From Schmidtea nova (taxonomy: Eukaryota): DNA of 64,000 bases. The stretch spans positions 294,066,001-294,130,000 of the forward strand of contig CM097882.1 in NCBI GenBank assembly GCA_044892505.1, in the 5' to 3' direction. This document shows, in pieces, positions 11,900 to 24,337 of the stretch; the first letter of the stretch is position 1, and each line of letters opens with the position of its first letter. The position numbers and the translations under genes were made by a program. The notes beneath the pieces were generated by a model, which made no database searches, was not told the DNA's origin, and worked only from the letters and a program-made list of their open reading frames with translations.

Positions 11900-14855
11900 C
11901 CAACATTGAATTTCCTCCTTGTTTGTTCTTCCTGTTCTCATTTTACCTATTTTTCTTAGGACTCGTACCATTTTCCCCCACTAATCCTTTTTCCAAAAAC
12001 TATCTCTGCCGAGCTTTTTGCTTTTGTTTTTTGTTTGGTTGTATCTAATGGGAATTTGACTTCCGGGAGTATCTCTGCAGAATCAGTCTCATTTCTGTCC
12101 TGTAAAGTAGCATTTATCAGTTCTCGAATTGTCCTGAATTGTCTTTCAATCTATCTATTTGTTTGGTGATGGTATGGACTCGAAAAACATAACTTAATAT
12201 TTAGCTTCTTTGTGAATTCTCTCATCATTCCTGATTAAAACGCCTTCCCGCAATCAACTATTATCTCCTTTGGACAATGAAATCTTAAAATCCATTTTTC
12301 GAAAATATTTTTCTTTATTGTTTCCTCGTATTGCCTTGTTATTGCTATCAAGACTTGATACTTACTATATTGGTCTATTATTCCCAATATATCCTTTTTA
12401 CGTCCTTTGGTTTCTTGCATTGGTTCACATATATCCACGAATATAATTTCAAACATTTCGGTTGATTCTAGTTTCTTTACTGGTTCTTTCGTTGTTGTTA
12501 TAGCCTTAGTTTTTTGACAAATCTCGCAACTTCTAACAATTTCCTGAATCTGACTCAACAAGTGTTTTCCAAAATATATATCTTTCATATTACCGGCTAT
12601 CTTCTCGACTTTAGCATGGCACAATAGTCCGTGTATTTCCTTTATAGTCTCTGGTATCTCGTTTTCAGGTATCATCGTTTTCTTTTGTACTACTTCTTCT
12701 TCCAAGTTTCTTTGTTGGTTGATGCTTCTCCCTTCTTCTCGGACCGAGTCTGATAATCTCGTTTTTATCTTCCCTTTCTTATTTTCTTCATGGGTCATTT
12801 AACACTGAGTACACGTGTCACATTTAGTTCTAGACACCATGTCTACATTTTGGTGATTAACACCCTTTCTGTATTCTACGACCATATCTAAACTGCTTAA
12901 ATAATTGATCCAGGTTTGGAATGGTGAAGAAATTGACTTCTTGGCTGTCATCATAAACGTGATCGACTTGTGGTATGTTCTGAGTGTGAATCTTCTTATG
13001 TAGAGATAGTGTTTAAAATGAATGCAAAAGTAGTAGGGTAAACTCCGCTTTCTCCGTGACACGGCTAATTTCGTGATATCAAAGTAAAAATGCACTATTG
13101 AGGTTTACATACGGTTTTATGTAAATGTTTATCCATCAAACTATTAGATTAAACTATTCCACAGCCTAAGGGACTGGCTGGTTCCATTTATATATAATAG
13201 ATATTAATTTGTGTAGGATCTTTACAATATTGCTTGTTAATACAACTTTTTTGTTAATATAATGTATTTTATTTAAGCATTGAATTCAAATGCTAGTATG
13301 CTACGAAAATATTGACATTTAATTTATTAAAAATATGTTTGTAATAACATAAAATTTAAACCCAACAAATGGCTCCCATGAAGAAGACATCACGAAGTTA
13401 CACAAAAGGAACATGGTTGGTTTAAACGTTTATAAGTTTGAACTCACAAACAGATTTTAAAATTTAAAATGATAAATTAGTAGACAAATCATATACCAGG
13501 ACATACATAGTTGTCAGATATTATATTTGTCAGATATATATATATATATATATATATATGGTTTCTTTTAAAATATTAAGAGAATTCCTTAATATCACGA
13601 AGTTAGCCGAGTTTACCCTATACAGCCATTAGTTCCTTCCTTGTAATACAATAACCTTTCTCGTGGCTCGTCATCGAGTGTGATCCATACGCATTAACTC
13701 TTTCCTTTCCATCTTTATATCTTTGTGAAAGTACCACCCCAATGGTATTAAAACTGGCATCTGTATCTAAAATGATCTCAGATCCGGAAACATAGGATCA
13801 ATGCTGTCGTAAGTGCTCCCTTCAATCCCTCAAGCCCGCTATTCATTCCATCCATCCGTCCATTCCAATTTTTTATTACTCAGGCCGCTACTTAATTGTT
13901 CTAACATTCTGGTCTTCTTTGCATACTCGCTGATGAATATTCTGTAATAATTGCAAATGCCTAAAATGTTTCAGAGTTTCTTTACGCAACTTGGCCTCCC
14001 AAAATTTTGTATGGCCTCAATTTTAGAAGGATCTGTCTGTACTCTTTCTTTGCTCATTATGTGTCCTAGGAATCTTATTCCTTTCTGTAATATTTGACAC
14101 TTTTATGAATTAATCTTTAGTCCTGATTCTTCGATCGCCTTTAACACTTCCCCGAATATTGCATAATGTTTTTCTTTACTGCTCTAATAAATCAAAATGT
14201 CGTCCAAATACACCATGGCTCCTTTTATATTGTCGATTACCTTTGTCATCATTTTCTGGAACGTACCATGTGCTGCTGCAATTCAGAACGGCATTCTTTT
14301 GAAACAGTATTGCCTGTTCTTTGTTGAAAAGGCTGTTTTCTCCTGTGATTCTTTGTCTAATTCAACTTGGTAATAAGCATTACCTAGGCTGATTGAGCTG
14401 AAAAAGACGGCTCCTCCTAACTAATCCAACATCCTGTCTATGTTCGACATTGGAAATGCATGCTTCTCTGTTACTGCGTTTAGCCACCTGAAATCCAAGC
14501 ATAATCTTATCTTTTTTCTCTTTTTTTCACACGCATATTAACGGCGTATTCAATGTAAAGTTGCATTTCCATATAATCCCATACAAATTTTCGTACAAAT
14601 TCTGTATTGCTTCTTCAATTTTTTTCCAGATTTAATGGTTAACGATATGGTTTAATATTAATCGGTTCACCTCTTGTAACTATCTTATGTTTTACCAAAT
14701 GCGTGTGACCCACATCCCATTTATCCGCCATGAAGAAGTTTGCACTGTACACTATTATTTCCTTTAGTTTGCTATCTTCATTAATCTTTAGATGTTTCAA
14801 GGCTCGTGTCAACCGTTCTCCGTCCTTTATTTGCCTGCCGAATTTTGCTTCAATG
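11900..14855 (-). mobile_element. Ty3/Gypsy pol remnant (RT, RNase H, integrase); 5' half missing; interrupted by a MITE
   Basis: KHKIVTRGEPINIKPYR; MVYLDDILIY (~14200); LDTDAS; H..CHAK...CEIC; IFVDIC..IIDQYSKY; SPYHHQTN..IERQFRTI. Confidence 0.9.
13036..13618. mobile_element. MITE with GGGTAAACTC termini and TA TSD, inserted in the Gypsy RNase H region
   Basis: TIRs gggtaaactc..ggctaa(t/c)ttcgtgatat; removing it restores the minus-strand reading ELMAV-Y-YFCIHFKHYL. Confidence 0.85.
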
Positions 14856-17800
14856 TGTTTGGGTTGTTAAAATAAACAGAAGATAAAAGTAAAAGGCTCA
14901 AAGCTATGTGCAAATCAATAAAAAAATAATAATTTGGAAAAATAATAATTAAAGTGCAAACATTAATTAAAAATTTATGAAATTCAAAAATAAAGATTTA
15001 GACGGGGAAACTGGTATGGGAGAATGCCAAATGATGAGACAAATTCAAAAATGGGTATTTAAAATTAAAAAGGGACCTCCAGAAAGAAATATTAAGAAAA
15101 TACAAATTAATTAAAAATAATTAATTGCTTAATGGGAAACCCGAGCGCTGTGGGAAACTTGGGCATCAACAAAATTATTTAATTATCCAAATAAATTGGA
15201 TGAACAAAGAAGCCTCAGGAAAATCCGCAAACCCATTGTCAGCAAAATTCAATTAGGCAGCGGCCAAACCAATCTAATTATTTTATTTTCGACAGATCTA
15301 ATTAAGGTGACAGGATGACCGGAAAAGGCAGTATATAAACTGAGGGCAAGTTGCCGATATTGCCAAGTGGTCGAAGAAAAAAAATACAAAGAGTGAAGCA
15401 AGAAATCTGAACGTAGAAAGGACAACAGAAGCGGTAATTAAAAGTTATAAAGTATCGGTATATTATTTTCCTGCGTACCAGAAAGGGAAATATCCGATTG
15501 GGTGTCCTACCATACGTGCAGAGTTGCAGAGTGCAGAACGTTAGTAACTTTCTGTGATTCAAAGTGTTGTTATTAAATCGAAAAATAAAAAATTATTGTG
15601 TTGGGTCTAATTTATTGTCGTGATAAAAATAAAACACAGGAGTCAGCGACTACTGACTACTCATTGATAACCCAACATATTTGATGAGCCGGCATGATCA
15701 GAGTCGGTGAAGCATTTTCCAAAAGAAATTAAAATTTTATTGTCAATTGTTGCTGTAAAATTCCAACGGGATCTGAGTTGGTGAAAGTTATCTAAAGAGA
15801 AATTTTAAATATTTTGTGAAATTTTCAAAGTTGTGAAATTGATTAAAAGTGTGTGGCATATTGGATAAAATTGAAAATTAATTTATCGAGAAAATCTTAT
15901 TAAATTCCGATGTGAGCAGAGTAGGTAAATTGAATCAAGGATTGATAAAAGTTTGTTGAAAATTGTGGAAAGATTTTACTGTTGAAAATTAAAATAAAAG
16001 GTAAATTTTATAATTGATATATTAAAATTTAGAAGAGTGAAAGTTGTACCAAACCAGCCATGTTAAAAATTAAGAAGCCATAAACTAGCAGGAAACCAAA
16101 TGAACAATTCAAACGGTCATGATGATACGCCAATGGCCACGAGCAACACCGGAAATGGAAATGACTATGCGAGTTACCAAAAGCTGCCAGTAAACCAATA
16201 TGGAGGCGATCCGGTGGAGTTTTTTGACTTTATGGAGGACTATTATATATACGCCACAGCCTATGGATGGAGCCAAGAGATAATTCTACAAAGACTGCCA
16301 CTGTATTTAAAAGGAGCTGCCAGAAGAGCATGGCAACAGATTGATATAATGAGAATTGGAAATGATTGGAAGAAATTAAATGATGATATGGAACATAAGT
16401 TGTTATCTAAAGAAGTTTACAGTATTATGAGGAGTAACTTTTATAAAAGAATACAAAGATGTGATGAATCAGTTATTGACTTTGGGTATGCTTTAATTTC
16501 TTTAGCTAAAAAGGCATTTAGATCTACTTCAGTTTATGATGTAAATGTTCAAAATCTTATTATTGATCAGTTTTTGGAGGGTATTAATGATGATTTAAAA
16601 AGAGCATCTTGTGTAATTGATTATGATGACATATATGACTTAATGCATAAAACCTTAAAGGTTGAATTAAAAATGGCTGCTTATAATACATCCATAAATA
16701 ATAATAATCGATGTTTTAAACAAAAAATTAAACATTGTAATTTTAGACCTAAATGTAATGGTGCAAATATGAAAATGTGTGACAGTAATAAAAATGCTTT
16801 TAATGACTCAAGTTCTTTAGAAACTTTTAATATTGAAATAAATGCTTGTTAAGGTAATGAGTTTCGTTATGGTCAAGAAAGTAAATCAATAATTAATAAT
16901 TGTAATTTAAATTATGAAAGGATTGAAAATGAGTCTTGGTTAGAGGATACAGTTGTTGAATTTAAAGGTGTTGATTGTTCTTTGGAATATGTTGTTCAAG
17001 GTATTTCGGAAATTGAAAATAATGATGAGAATAAAATATGTTATAATGAGATAAATGAGATAAATGAAGATTTTTATTATTTTAGTAATTGCTGTGTTAC
17101 TAGCCAACTCTTTTTAGTGAAGGAAGATGAAAGTTTAGATGAAGATCTTAATCAATTTATTTCAATAATACCTAATCTTGAAACATTTAATGGTCATTCA
17201 TTCATAGTTATCAACGAAGTTATACCCTGTGAGTTCATTACTATTACAGAATGTCCTGCCTCTTTGAATTTGCTAAAATCTAAAATTGATGTTGTGCCAA
17301 TGACCAAAAACAACAAAATTACTTATAACATTGAAGATGTAGTTACAAAGATCCAAGATGAATATGAATATAAAGTGCCCAGAAGACTTTCTGTAAAAAA
17401 TGATATCATATTTAAAAATCAATATATTATTTATGTTATGCTAAAATTGATATGGGGCAAGATTAAGCTTTTATGAAAATAAAGATATAGAGGAAAGAAT
17501 CATAAGTATCAAAGATTATATTCTTCTTCCGATGACCTCCTATATCGCCATTATATGTTTGAATTGTGGAAACCACATTGGATGTGATGGAGAATTAAAA
17601 ATTAAATGTGAGTCTGTATGTATATATGTATATATTTAATAACAAAAGGTAAAGGCTTAAGACAGTGTTGAATATTAGGCATCAATTTTAAGAGTACTAA
17701 TAGTTAATACTTTCATTAAGAAGGTTTTAATAATTTTAAAATTTAAATATTTGACGTTTTTCACTATTCATGGTTATTAGAAAAAAGATAAATGGTGAAA

Positions 17801-19502
17801 TTAGTAATTTATTATCGGTAGTATAAATCTGAACATATTTTATGTGAACAAAAATTTTGGTGCTCCGCACTTTTCGAAGGTACAAAGGTTTTAGTCATTT
17901 GAAGGGTCAAAATAAAAAGTTGTCCGAAGCAAATTTTAATACAATACTCCAAATGTACTTGGAAAGCAGATTCCGAAAAAACCGCCAAATTATCTTTTAA
18001 ATTCAATGGTTTCCAATGGTATCGGTTTTGAAGTTTTTTGAAGATACAGGGGTAAAAAAACTTTCTCAACAAACTTTTGCTATTTTGTAGAGAATGATGA
18101 GCTAAACAAAATTGTCCAGAGAATTAGGGTCATATCTTGTCAAGTTTCGAAGAAACAAGGGGTCAAAACCTTGGCCAAAAATTTTATTTTTTGATATGTT
18201 GTAGAGAAAATTGAGACGAAAAAGGTTGACTTAACAACTAGTATCATCTAAGTTTAGGATAAAAAGTTTCGAAGGGTCAAAACCTTCAAATTTTCAAAAA
18301 TTTCAATTATTTGAGACAAAACTTCATAAATTGAAAGTGGTTTCGATGTATCATTATTTCTTTAGTGATTATAGTTTAAATTTAGTATTTATTTAAGCAT
18401 TTCATTTTTTAAACGTTTCAAATCGTGAAATTCAAAAAGAAATGATATTTATGTATGTTTTGAAAATGACAATTTATATTTTTAGTGATGACAATAGAAT
18501 TGGCGAGTAAAACGTGATACAAAATATTTGAAAATAACTCTGTAGATCCAACACCACAAAGGAAGATGCTAAAACGGTAGTTTAGATCGATTAAAACAAT
18601 TTCGAGGACGAAATTTCTTTAAAGGGGTGAGGTATGTTGGGGTTGGCTGAACTGGCTTGAAATAAAATATTGAAAACCACAAAAACTATGTGCAAATCGA
18701 TAAAAATACGAAAATTGGAAAAATAATAATTGAAGTACAAACATTAATTAGAAATTTATAAAATTCAAAAACAAAGATTCAACGGGGGAAACTGGTATGG
18801 GAGGATGGCAAATGATGAGACGAATTCAAATATGGGTATTTAAAAATAGAAAGGGCTTCCAGGAGGAAATAATTAGAAAATACAAATTAATTAAAATAAT
18901 TAATTATTCTATAGGAAGCCCGAGCTAATGGGAAACCCGAGCTAGTAGGAGATCCGAGCGATGTAAGAAACCCGGGGCATCAGCGAGGTCATTAAACTAT
19001 CGAATTAAATTGAATGCCCCGGGGAGAGCTGGAAAAACCATTAACGGCAAAGATCCAATTACGACCAAGCAGGCTAATCAGATCCGATTACAACCGAGCG
19101 GATTTGATTAGTTTCCTTTTTGACAATATCCAATTACACCGACAGAATGGCAACACAAAAATGATATAAAAACGGAGAGCAAAGTGCCTAAATTGCCAGT
19201 TGGTCGAAGATAAATTTTAGGCATAAAGTGAATCTCTAACCGTTAGAAGATATTTGGAGGAGACGTTGAAAGGAAATCAAAGGTTGAACTTGAACCTAAT
19301 CTTTTGCGTACCAGAGAGGGAGATATCCCATTGGGTGTTCTACCCTCACGCGAAGAGTGCAGAGCCTGAGTAACTTTTGTGATTAAAAGAGTTGTGATCA
19401 TTTGAAAAATAAAGAAAGCTATTGTGTTGGGTTTTGTTTATTTTGTAATTGAAAGAGAACACAGGAGTCAGAAACTACCGACTTAAAACTAATAACCCAA
19501 CA
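14856..19502 (+). mobile_element. Internally deleted Gypsy-like LTR element (gag, no intact pol); LTRs 14856-15677 and 18635-19502
   Basis: TGTT(T/G)GG...CCCAACA termini; PBS-like TGATGAGCCGGC after the 5' LTR; integrase tail LDRLKQF and TTCGAGGACGAA...AAAGGGGTGAGGTA polypurine tract before the 3' LTR; LTRs strongly diverged. Confidence 0.8.
16100..16852 (+). CDS. Retrotransposon Gag (capsid-like) ORF, 250 aa, open
   Basis: FFDFMEDY...AYGW...LPLYLKGAARRAW...Q...ESVIDF...L..LA..AF...IIDQFLEGI pattern, downstream of LTR and PBS. Confidence 0.8.
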   Translation: MNNSNGHDDTPMATSNTGNGNDYASYQKLPVNQYGGDPVEFFDFMEDYYIYATAYGWSQEIILQRLPLYLKGAARRAWQQIDIMRIGNDWKKLNDDMEHKLLSKEVYSIMRSNFYKRIQRCDESVIDFGYALISLAKKAFRSTSVYDVNVQNLIIDQFLEGINDDLKRASCVIDYDDIYDLMHKTLKVELKMAAYNTSINNNNRCFKQKIKHCNFRPKCNGANMKMCDSNKNAFNDSSSLETFNIEINAC

Positions 19503-20000
19503 AAATGTAGACATAAAATAAATCAGATGATTTCAATAAAAAGATTGAAAATCAAGTGAAAGAAATGGGTCAACGTTTAGGGCGTCTAATGTCCAAGTTT
19601 GAATTTGATGATGAATTGGATAATCATATGATGTATGGATTGCAGCAAGACATGACCGAAGCGGAAACGACAACTTTGTGTACAAAGGACGATTTGATAA
19701 GCGAAAAAGCTATGATGATGATGAAAACAATTGAGAAACTATTAAAAGCCTGTGCAGAAGAATCCTCTAAAATATTGACATCGATAAGAAACTTGAGTTA
19801 AATGTCGTTGAGTATGAGAAAATTAAAAGGCTGAAAATTAAAGTGCTGAACTTGTGTGCCAATTATTATCAAATGTAATGAATAAAGACGAAATTAAAAA
19901 ATAAATGAAAAAATTTGGAAAAGCATTTTGAGAACATAAATGGTTAGATTTTATTTTTATTGATGTTGTTAATGGAAGTGATAAAAATATGATTACGTGA

Positions 20001-20943
20001 CGTTGTGAAGCCTATGATTGCGTAAAAGATTTTAAAAGGAGACTATGAGAGAAATGTGAAGGATGGGTGGTCGAACTAAAGTTTAAAAATAAAGATTTAG
20101 AAAATGATGAGTATCTAATAGACTGTGGGTTCATACTAGGAAACAAAAATGAATTACAAATAGCCAGTATGATGAGTAACGGTGAAATGATAAAAAGTGA
20201 TCCAGTGAAAATAATAAGGGAGCTACATGATGTTTTAAATTTTGGTGACGAAAACGAAATTAACGAAATAGTAAAATTAATTGAGGAATCTTAATTTTAG
20301 GAAAAAGAAAAAATAGGAATTGTTAATGTGATACGACCATATTTGTTTTGAAGACGGGATACAGAAAATTTTAAAGAGCATATTGAGAAATTTGGGTAAA
20401 GAGCTTAGAAAAGATCGAGTTTGAATGAATTTGCTGACAATTGCAATAGAATATGAAGACATTGGGAAAACTGAGTATGCAGAGGAATACTGGTGTACGA
20501 AAGTTCGAAAAATGCGTAAAAGAGCTGCTAAAATGTTAGCAAAAGATGGAATTATAGTGTTGAGATATAAAGGTGAAGAACTTGATGACGATGAATATTT
20601 ATATGACTGTGGATGTGTGCCAGAACTGGATGAATATGGGTATTTAAGTACGAATGAAAGTCAAGAGAGAAACTGGCATGAACTTCTACCTAGAATAGAT
20701 TTCAGTATAAATAGCAGTCAACAGAGTCCTACAGGTTTATTACCACTTGAGACAATTTATGGACTTAGTGTTAACCTACATTCAAACCTGAAACAAGCAG
20801 AGATATCAAGAAGCAAATGGATGGAAGACGCAAGATATAACTCGAGTAAAGCTGCAGACACTATGATATCTGTGGATAAGGCAAAGAGAGGCACTCGTGT
20901 TTTTGAGGTGGGGTTAGGGATCATTGAGGGATTGATCAGTTGA
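20001..20943 (+). pseudogene. Decayed ORF(s) with two ubiquitin-like motifs
   Basis: DCVKDFKRRL*EKCEGWVVELKFKNKDLENDEYLIDCG and TKVRKMRKRAAKMLAKDGIIVLRYKGEELDDDEYLYDCG resemble each other and the Ubl L.F/Y.G..L.D...L.D.G pattern. Confidence 0.5.
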
Positions 20944-21272
20944 TCACGTTCTTAGTTATATCTGTAGTAAAATTTGTACACATTGTTATTTAAAAAAAAT
21001 ATTTAAAGAGAGAAGGAGTTTCTTTTGGTTCTATCATTCGATAGTGAGCGCAACCTATAACGATACATAATTTGGAGTCAGATAAATAAATAATTATTAA
21101 TTTAATTTCTCTTACAGCTTTATTTTTGTGTTAGTTTCAACTTTTCCCCTGTTGATCCTAACATTACCATCTACAGGTATGTTTGTTTATAAGCATAAAT
21201 TAAATAATCTGATTGGCTGACGTACGTACGTATAATTCATAAACTAACTCACATTTCATTTTTTGTCAAATA

Positions 21273-21355
21273 GATGAGGTGGAATACAGAAGTGTGATAA
21301 AATTTAAAGAAGTCATCTGATGAAATATTTCGTGATATGGCAATTGCATATGGCA
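21273..21355 (+). pseudogene. Mariner transposase N-terminal remnant
   Basis: DEVEYRSVIKF...KSSDEIFRDMAIAYG; compare IEYQSVIRFF in the mariner at 47152. Confidence 0.6.
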
Positions 21356-21794
21356 AAAATCTTATAATGACATGAGATCATTTTAAAAGCTTTAAAAGGT
21401 TGTCTATTATCAACGATTTTAATTTAATTTAATTTCTAATTACTTTTAGTAAACTTTTATGATTCTTTGGAATTATTCACATCAAAGATATGTAAAAATT
21501 CATTTTTAACTAAAATTTATTCATTAAATACATTAATCTTCTAAGATTTCAAATTTTTGAAAACATTTTGAAAATAAATTGCGAATATGAAGGAAAACAA
21601 ATTCTAAATCTTTATAGTCATCTGTAGTGCCTCCGTTATTTATATATAAGTACAATATTTTTATATACAGTAATTTAATTAAATATTATATCATTATATT
21701 TATATATTAAAATCAAATATTAATATATATACAAAAATAAACTAAATTGTTTAAATCACCAAAAAGAGGACTTTTCTCAAGGATTCAAGAAAAT

Positions 21795-21930
21795 ACAAGC
21801 AAGAAGAAATATTCACTCAACAATTTCAAAAATCGAAATAATCAATCAACAATTTCAAAAGCGAAATATTCAATCAACAATTTAAAAGCGAAATATTCAA
21901 TCAACAATCTAAAAGCAAATAATCAACAAA
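21795..21930 (+). repeat. Minisatellite, ~29-30-bp unit x4-5
   Basis: gaaatattcaatcaacaattt(c)aaaagc repeated. Confidence 0.85.
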
Positions 21931-22925
21931 CAATTACATTGGAATTTAAATAAAATGTTTAGCTATTTATTGTCTTATCTTATATTATTTCAGCTGCTAA
22001 ATCATCTTTATTTAATTCCTCCTCAAGAGCATTTTTCACCAAACAAAATCTGTCTTGGAAAGACATTGTGGAGATAATCTTCGTGAGATAGTCTTCCGTA
22101 AACTGCATTTGATTTTGCTAAATACACTTTCAATGGGGTAAAGAAAAGCGCTATGTGATGGTAGATTATCAACGAAATTGTTTTCGGATATTGCTCCACC
22201 ATGTTTCGAAGCATTTATTCTAATTTAAATTATATTGCTTACGATGATATTTCGTCATCTTCATGAAATGGAATAGTTTCAATTGAATTTTCTGATTTTC
22301 TGGGAAAATATAAATTTATTCTAAATTAAATTATATTACTTACGATGATATTTCATCATTTTCACGAAAACTCAAGGCAGATACCTCAGATTCATTTAAA
22401 AAAATTTTGTCGGCCATTGTAATTTATGATTTTTCTGTTTATTAAAATTTTGTGTGAAATTATAAAATGAAACAATAAACGCATCTGAAAGTTTACATCT
22501 GTTTGTTTTCTATGTATTGTGTTTTTGTGTTATTTTATTTTTTCTCTCTTTGTCTACGACATAATAAATGATACGATTGAGTTAAACAGCAATGGATAAG
22601 GTACAGGTAGGCGTGTATTTTTCTATAATATAAGTTTACTGATTATAATAGGTGAGAAACGTTAGTGAAACACGGTGTATATCTAATGTTTATATAATAT
22701 GCACAAAATTTCATTCACCGAGAATTTCATATAGATTATATCATTTCAGTTATTAACACCAACATGCAGCATGTCACATCCAGAAAATCCATACCAAATT
22801 CGCTCATTCACCTTCATCATTACACTACCCATCTCATCCATCAACATCTCCTGCATTCAAATTGTCACACTAAAGATTTATCATTTCATTTAGGAAACAT
22901 GCATACGTATCGACTTGTAACTACT

Positions 22926-23410
22926 CAGAAGCGTAACTAGGGTATGGCAGGCTTGGCACGTGCCATAGGCGCCAACTGAAGGAGGGTACGAAAAAGCGCC
23001 TAAAGTATAAATACGCAAATGAAAATAAAAAAATATTTTTATAGATATAAATATGTGTATTAAATCGCGGTTTCTATTGCCAGTTGAGAAAAATTATTTA
23101 GCAAATTAAAATTGATAGTGTCATATTTTAGAGTCTCGATGGGCCAAAGTCGATTATGTGATCTTGCTTTACTTAGCATAGAACGAGAAATGACCGAAGA
23201 AATTGACTTTGATAATATAATTAAACAATTTGCGTCAGATAATGCAAGAAAGATAAATTTGTAATAAAGTGTTAATAGATTTAACTTGTGTGCTTTTTTA
23301 CCCAAGTCTAAATCAGTTTTTTAGAAAATAAAACGTAAGTAACCTACCGTCGGGGAGGGGCGCAAGATTGGTGTTTGTCATAGGCGTCTTTTACCCTAGG
23401 TACGCCACTG
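22926..23410 (+). mobile_element. Non-autonomous hAT element with dimerisation-domain remnant
   Basis: TIRs CAG(AA/TG)GCGTA(A/C)CTAGGGT; perfect 8-bp TSD TAACTACT (22918-25, 23411-18); peptide FSKLKLIVSYFRVSMGQSRLCDLALLSIE...FASDNARK. Confidence 0.93.
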
Positions 23411-23881
23411 TAACTACTACATCCAAGATCAACAATTCATTGCAAATCACAACATCGCATAATTCAAATACTTTCATATCATAACATCCATCGACATAAT
23501 TTATTCGCATCGAACCACATCCATGTCCACACTTAATTAATCAGTCAATTAACAATCAACATCCACATCTGCTAGTTACTACATTGATCTTCGGGTTGTA
23601 GTATGCTGTATATGATATATTAAAGAATGAGATGTTGTAAACTAAATTGATGTACAGGTAAATAGGTTATTTTGTATAGTACCAGACTGGTAAGAAATGA
23701 GTCGATAAAATTTCAAATTCGTAAAAGTTATTAACACTCCAATTGCTCGTTTAAGAAACTTCCGCACCTGAATTGAGTGGTGATGCCGGATAAATAGTTA
23801 ATGATTGATAGGTATGAATGTGCATGAAGATAAGAGGTGAAATTGAAAATTATTATTTATTTGTATGTGTTGGTTTAGTAA

Positions 23882-24337
23882 ATGGAATCCATGATTAATC
23901 AGATGATCGTCCAAATGACTGGAATGAACCGGAGCATGCGACATCTAACTGCCCGCGTCGCAGAGATGGAGGAGGAAAAGAAGCTCACCTTGGTAGAGCT
24001 CCAAGTGATGACGGAGCGGATGGAACAGTTTCGCTCTCGGTGCCACAAGGTGGAGTCCATGTGGACAAATGTGGAGAGCACCGAGAAGATGCGAAAACAG
24101 ATCAAAATGTTGCAGAATCAGGCCGCAGAAGATGGACTCCAACTGCACGCAGTGAAGATACCGGTAAAACAGCGAGACGCGGAGATCGTCCAACTAAAAT
24201 TCGATACCGGAATCGACTTAGCAGTGCAATTAAAAGGTCAAATTCCCCGCCAGGAGTTGTTTCCAGTACGGGCTGGAGAAGCGATGTCGACGCGAGGGCC
24301 AGTTGCAGATCCAGTTGTCAATCGCCCAAAGAAATGA
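23882..24337 (+). CDS. Unknown 151-aa ORF, predicted coiled-coil, in a GC-rich island
   Basis: Open ORF at ~50% GC amid very AT-rich DNA; heptad-like E/K/M/L-rich N-terminal half; no recognised family. Confidence 0.4.
   Translation: MESMINQMIVQMTGMNRSMRHLTARVAEMEEEKKLTLVELQVMTERMEQFRSRCHKVESMWTNVESTEKMRKQIKMLQNQAAEDGLQLHAVKIPVKQRDAEIVQLKFDTGIDLAVQLKGQIPRQELFPVRAGEAMSTRGPVADPVVNRPKK

Noticed and set aside
16982-17476. 164-aa ORF after gag as a possible protease
   Set aside because: No D(S/T)G motif; low-complexity N/E/I-rich
17810-18400. Insert with GAAGGGTCAAAA repeats inside the LTR element
   Set aside because: Probably a non-autonomous DNA element, but no TIR or TSD could be fixed
21310-21335. 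CTGATGAAATATTTCG hammerhead-like core
   Set aside because: Lies in mariner coding remnant and lacks stem II and GAAA
22200-22380. GATGA...CGAAA-like text suggesting a hammerhead
   Set aside because: No stems I or II; it is a ~92-bp tandem duplication
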